NCBI GenBank assembly: GCA_039815375.1
Contig: JBCBZJ010000001.1
Coordinates: 128,001-192,000, forward strand
DNA from: Verrucomicrobiota bacterium
GTDB taxonomy: Bacteria > Verrucomicrobiota > Verrucomicrobiia > Opitutales > Coraliomargaritaceae
Direction of reading: 5' to 3'
Length of the DNA: 64,000 nt
Shown: piece after piece, positions 60,715 to 64,000 of the stretch
How the letters are laid out: every line of letters starts with the position of its first letter
How positions within the stretch are numbered: position 1 is the first letter of the stretch
Position numbers and translations under genes: made by a program
Notes under the pieces: model-generated
Database searches by the model: none
What the model saw: only the letters and a program-made list of their open reading frames with translations
Told to the model about the DNA's origin: nothing

Positions 60715-61971
60715 ATGATTGAAGAACGCAGGATTCAACGAGTCGTCGTCACAGGAATTGGGACCATAAATGCCCACGGAGTTGGCGTAGAGCCATTTTG
60801 GAGCGGTTTGCTGGAAGGGAAAAGCGGCATTCAACGAGTCGAGAATTTCGACATCACTGAATATCCCTGCCAGGTCGGTGCAGAAGTGCGTGAGTTTGAT
60901 ATCACAGACTTCATGGATCCGAAGGAAGCCCGCCGGAATGACCGCTACACGCACTTTGCTGTAGCTTCTTCCAAGCTCGCACTTCAGGACGCCGGCATAG
61001 ATTCCTCAAGCCTGGATCCAGAGCGGTTCGGTGTCTTGGTCGGTTCCGGAATTGGCGGTATCGATACAATTCAAAAGCAGAGCTTCCGCATGTTCAAAAT
61101 GGGGCCACGCAAGGTTTCGCCCTTCATGATCCCTTCGCTAATCGCGAATATTGCCAGTGGTGTCGTTGCCATCGAAATTGGCGCGCGTGGCCCGAATTAT
61201 GGTATCGTCAGCGCCTGCTCTACGGCGACTCACACGATTGGTGAGTCGTTCCGCATCCTGCGTGATGGTGAGGCAGATGTCATGATTGCAGGGGGAACCG
61301 AGGCTGCTATGAATGAGCTTGGTTACGCGGGTTTCTGCTCAATGAGGGCGATGAGCACCCAATACAATGAGACGCCTACGCGTGCGAGTCGCCCATTTGA
61401 CAAAGGCCGTGACGGTTTCGTTATGGGTGAGGGCGCAGGCGTTCTGACTCTCGAAACGCTTGAGCACGCTCAGGCACGCGGTGCGCGGATTTACGCGGAA
61501 GTTTCCAGCTACGCAGCGACCTGCGATGCTTACCATATCACCTCTCCGGATCCGGAGGGTAAGGCGCTAAGCGCAGCGCTTAATAAAGTGATCAAGGATG
61601 CCGGTCTACAGGCTGAAGACGTCGACTACATCAATGCGCACGGCACTTCGACACCCTATAACGACAAGTTTGAAACGGGTGCGATTAAGAAAGCTCTAGG
61701 CGATCATGCCAATAAAGTCCTAGTCAGTTCGACCAAGTCGATGACGGGTCACCTTCTTGGTGCTGCGGGTGGTATCGAGTCTGCAGTTTGCTCGCTGGCA
61801 ATTCACAATAGCAAGGTGCCACCAACGATCAACTACGAGGAGCCGGAAGAAGGTCTCGATCTCGACTATGTGCCGAATGAAGCGCGTGAGGCCAACGTCG
61901 ACGTCGCAATTTGCAACAATTCCGGTTTTGGTGGGCATAATGCTGCCCTATTGTTTAAGAAGTTCCTTTAG
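60715..61971 (+). CDS. fabF: Beta-ketoacyl-ACP synthase II
   Basis: SACST, NAHGTST, KSMTGHLLGAAG, GFGGHN. Confidence 0.96.
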   Translation: MIEERRIQRVVVTGIGTINAHGVGVEPFWSGLLEGKSGIQRVENFDITEYPCQVGAEVREFDITDFMDPKEARRNDRYTHFAVASSKLALQDAGIDSSSLDPERFGVLVGSGIGGIDTIQKQSFRMFKMGPRKVSPFMIPSLIANIASGVVAIEIGARGPNYGIVSACSTATHTIGESFRILRDGEADVMIAGGTEAAMNELGYAGFCSMRAMSTQYNETPTRASRPFDKGRDGFVMGEGAGVLTLETLEHAQARGARIYAEVSSYAATCDAYHITSPDPEGKALSAALNKVIKDAGLQAEDVDYINAHGTSTPYNDKFETGAIKKALGDHANKVLVSSTKSMTGHLLGAAGGIESAVCSLAIHNSKVPPTINYEEPEEGLDLDYVPNEAREANVDVAICNNSGFGGHNAALLFKKFL

Positions 61972-62068
61972 TTGACGATTTTTCAAGTTCGCGAGTTGTC
62001 GTTTTCATCCTCCGATTCGTTTGTCGGCTTGCATCGGCGACTGACATTGGCAGCGTCAGACGCTTCTG

Positions 62069-62707
62069 ATGACACCCGGATTTAGCAGCTTAAAGCCCCG
62101 AATTGCCGTAGTCGACTACGGCATGGGCAACTTGCGCAGTGTGTTGCGTGCGTGGCAGCATATCGGTGCGGACGCTCAGCTGGTTGAAACACCGGATCAG
62201 ACTAGAGGTGCGGATGCACTCGTCTTTCCTGGGCAAGGGGCGATCGTTGACACGATGCGCCTCCTGAAGAAAACCGGTTTCGATAACTCTATTCGCGACT
62301 GGATTGCGGCGGACAAGCCTTTCTTCGGAATCTGTCTCGGCTTGCAGGCGCTTTTCGAGCATTCGGAGGAGGGCGATACACCTGCGCTTGGGGTCTTCAA
62401 AGGTTCAGTCAAGCGCTTCCAAATCGATCCTTCTTTGAAGATCCCTCACATGGGATGGAACGCTGTCAGCTTCAAAGAAGGAGCCTTACTTACCGAAGGT
62501 CTGGAAAGCGGCGGAGATCAATTCTATTTCGTGCACAGCTATTATGTGGTGCCGGAGGACCCTGCACTGATGCTCTTCGAAACCGATTATGGCGGAAAAT
62601 TTGTTTCCGGGATTTGCTCCGGCCGCTGTGTCGCCACACAATTCCACCCTGAAAAAAGTCAGGCAAAAGGATTGCATCTTTATCGTAATTTTTTGAAAAC
62701 GCTTTAG
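62069..62707 (+). CDS. hisH: Imidazole glycerol phosphate synthase glutamine amidotransferase subunit
   Basis: DYGMGNL, GICLGLQ, PHMGWN, YFVHSY, QFHPEKS. Confidence 0.96.
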   Translation: MTPGFSSLKPRIAVVDYGMGNLRSVLRAWQHIGADAQLVETPDQTRGADALVFPGQGAIVDTMRLLKKTGFDNSIRDWIAADKPFFGICLGLQALFEHSEEGDTPALGVFKGSVKRFQIDPSLKIPHMGWNAVSFKEGALLTEGLESGGDQFYFVHSYYVVPEDPALMLFETDYGGKFVSGICSGRCVATQFHPEKSQAKGLHLYRNFLKTL

Positions 62708-62772
62708 CCCTAGGCCCTTTACAGTCAGGGCTTTCCTATCTCTTTAGACGACGTAGACACCCAATACAAATC

Positions 62773-64000
62773 ATGGAAAACACCGGCACGATTCGACTCG
62801 GCGATGAAAATTTCGAGTTCCCCATTATTGAAGGAAGCGAAGGCGAGAAAGCTATAGATGCCCGGACTCTCCGCGCCAAGAGTGGTTGCATCACCTTCGA
62901 CGAAGGTTACGGCAACACGGGCTCCTGTTTAAGCGACATTACATTCATTGACGGAGAGAAAGGGATTTTGCGCCACCGCGGATACCCTATAGAAGAACTT
63001 GCGGAGAATTCATCTTTTCTTGAGGCAGCCATGCTCATTATTTACGGCGAGTTGCCATGTGAGAGTTGTCTGGAAGCTTTTCGCAAGCATGTCCGTGTAA
63101 ACGCTTCCGTTCATACTGGAATGCATCATCACTTCGATGGGTTCCCGAGCGATGCACACCCGATGGCAATCCTGTCTTCGATGCTGAATTCCCTCGGTGC
63201 CTACTATCCCGAGATGTCGTCGAACAACCGGGAGCAGGACCTTGCTCATTTTGATGAGAGCGCAGCGCTTCTAATTTCAAAGGTCCGCACCATTGCTGCT
63301 ATGACCTATCGCATGAAAATGGGCATGCCCTTCGTCTACCCGGCTGACAAGCGCTACACGGAGAATTTTCTCCATATGATGTTCTCGGAACCCTACAAGG
63401 AATATCATGATACACATGGCGCCTCGCGTGCGCTCGATCTTTTCCTGATGCTACACGCAGATCATGAGCAAAACTGCTCCACATCTACGGTAAGAATGGT
63501 CGCATCAGGCGGAGCAAATCTGTTTGCTTCCGTTTCCGCAGGTGTTTGTGCGCTCTGGGGCCCATCGCATGGTGGTGCCAATATGGCTGTGATCAAGATG
63601 CTTGAGGAGATTCATGCAGACGGTGATGACGGCACTCGCTTCATCGAAGCTGCGAAAAGAGGCGAGGCAAAGCTCATGGGCTTTGGCCACCGCGTTTACA
63701 AGAACTATGATCCGCGCGCCAAAATACTTGGAAAGAGCGCCGAGGGCATGCTTCAGAGCATGGGCATGAAGGATCCGCTTCTTGATATTGCAAAGCGTTT
63801 GGAGCAGGCCGCGCTTGAGGATGAGTATTTTGTCAGCCGCAAGCTCTATCCCAACGTCGATTTCTATAGTGGCATCATTCTTAAGGCTATTGGCATCCCG
63901 GTGGAGATGTTTACCGTGATGTTTGCTATTGGCCGTATGCCCGGTTGGATTGCGAACTGGAAAGAAATCGCGGAAAATCCGAAGAGTCGCATCCATCGTC
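62773..64000 (+). CDS. gltA: Citrate synthase, 3' end truncated by the window edge
   Basis: Not in the ORF track; translated by hand: [10 protein letters not shown]...[12 protein letters not shown]...HPM...[11 protein letters not shown]...[10 protein letters not shown]...MGFGHRVYK...YPNVDFYSG. Confidence 0.95.
   Translation, partial: MENTGTIRLGDENFEFPIIEGSEGEKAIDARTLRAKSGCITFDEGYGNTGSCLSDITFIDGEKGILRHRGYPIEELAENSSFLEAAMLIIYGELPCESCLEAFRKHVRVNASVHTGMHHHFDGFPSDAHPMAILSSMLNSLGAYYPEMSSNNREQDLAHFDESAALLISKVRTIAAMTYRMKMGMPFVYPADKRYTENFLHMMFSEPYKEYHDTHGASRALDLFLMLHADHEQNCSTSTVRMVASGGANLFASVSAGVCALWGPSHGGANMAVIKMLEEIHADGDDGTRFIEAAKRGEAKLMGFGHRVYKNYDPRAKILGKSAEGMLQSMGMKDPLLDIAKRLEQAALEDEYFVSRKLYPNVDFYSGIILKAIGIPVEMFTVMFAIGRMPGWIANWKEIAENPKSRIHR

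Overview
Bacterial chromosomal segment. The gene repertoire suggests a Verrucomicrobiota/Opitutales-like organism (inference only). The flanks (about 1-23.9 kb and 50.2-64 kb) are mostly housekeeping: lipocalin, prlC, rsmE, dtd, trkAH, nfeD-nfeD-floA, a sigma-54 regulator, PPIase, queCDE, tRNA-Arg(CCG), tRNA-Lys(TTT), ECF sigma/anti-sigma, an octaheme cytochrome, polA, cca, nadK, rluB, fabG-acpP-fabF, hisH and gltA. The centre (about 24-50 kb) is an all-minus-strand accessory block. It holds (i) a heavy-metal RND efflux operon bracketed by His-rich proteins and (ii) a 10-gene type IV filament locus mixing type IVa pilus and T2SS hallmarks: PilT, PilB, PilC, a secretin with an extra PilP/GspC-like N-domain, fused PilM/N-like, PilO-like, two large acidic paralogous pilins and two GspG-like pilins, with a Fur-box-like palindrome just upstream of the first pilin. 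It also holds (iii) an O-antigen-ligase/OTase-TPR gene split by a single in-frame TAG and (iv) a CxxC-plug TonB-dependent receptor plus thioredoxin behind a perfect 10-4-10 palindrome. The best candidate for an undescribed system is this putatively iron/metal-regulated, retractile, acidic-pilin filament. All calls come from motif recognition; no database searches were run.
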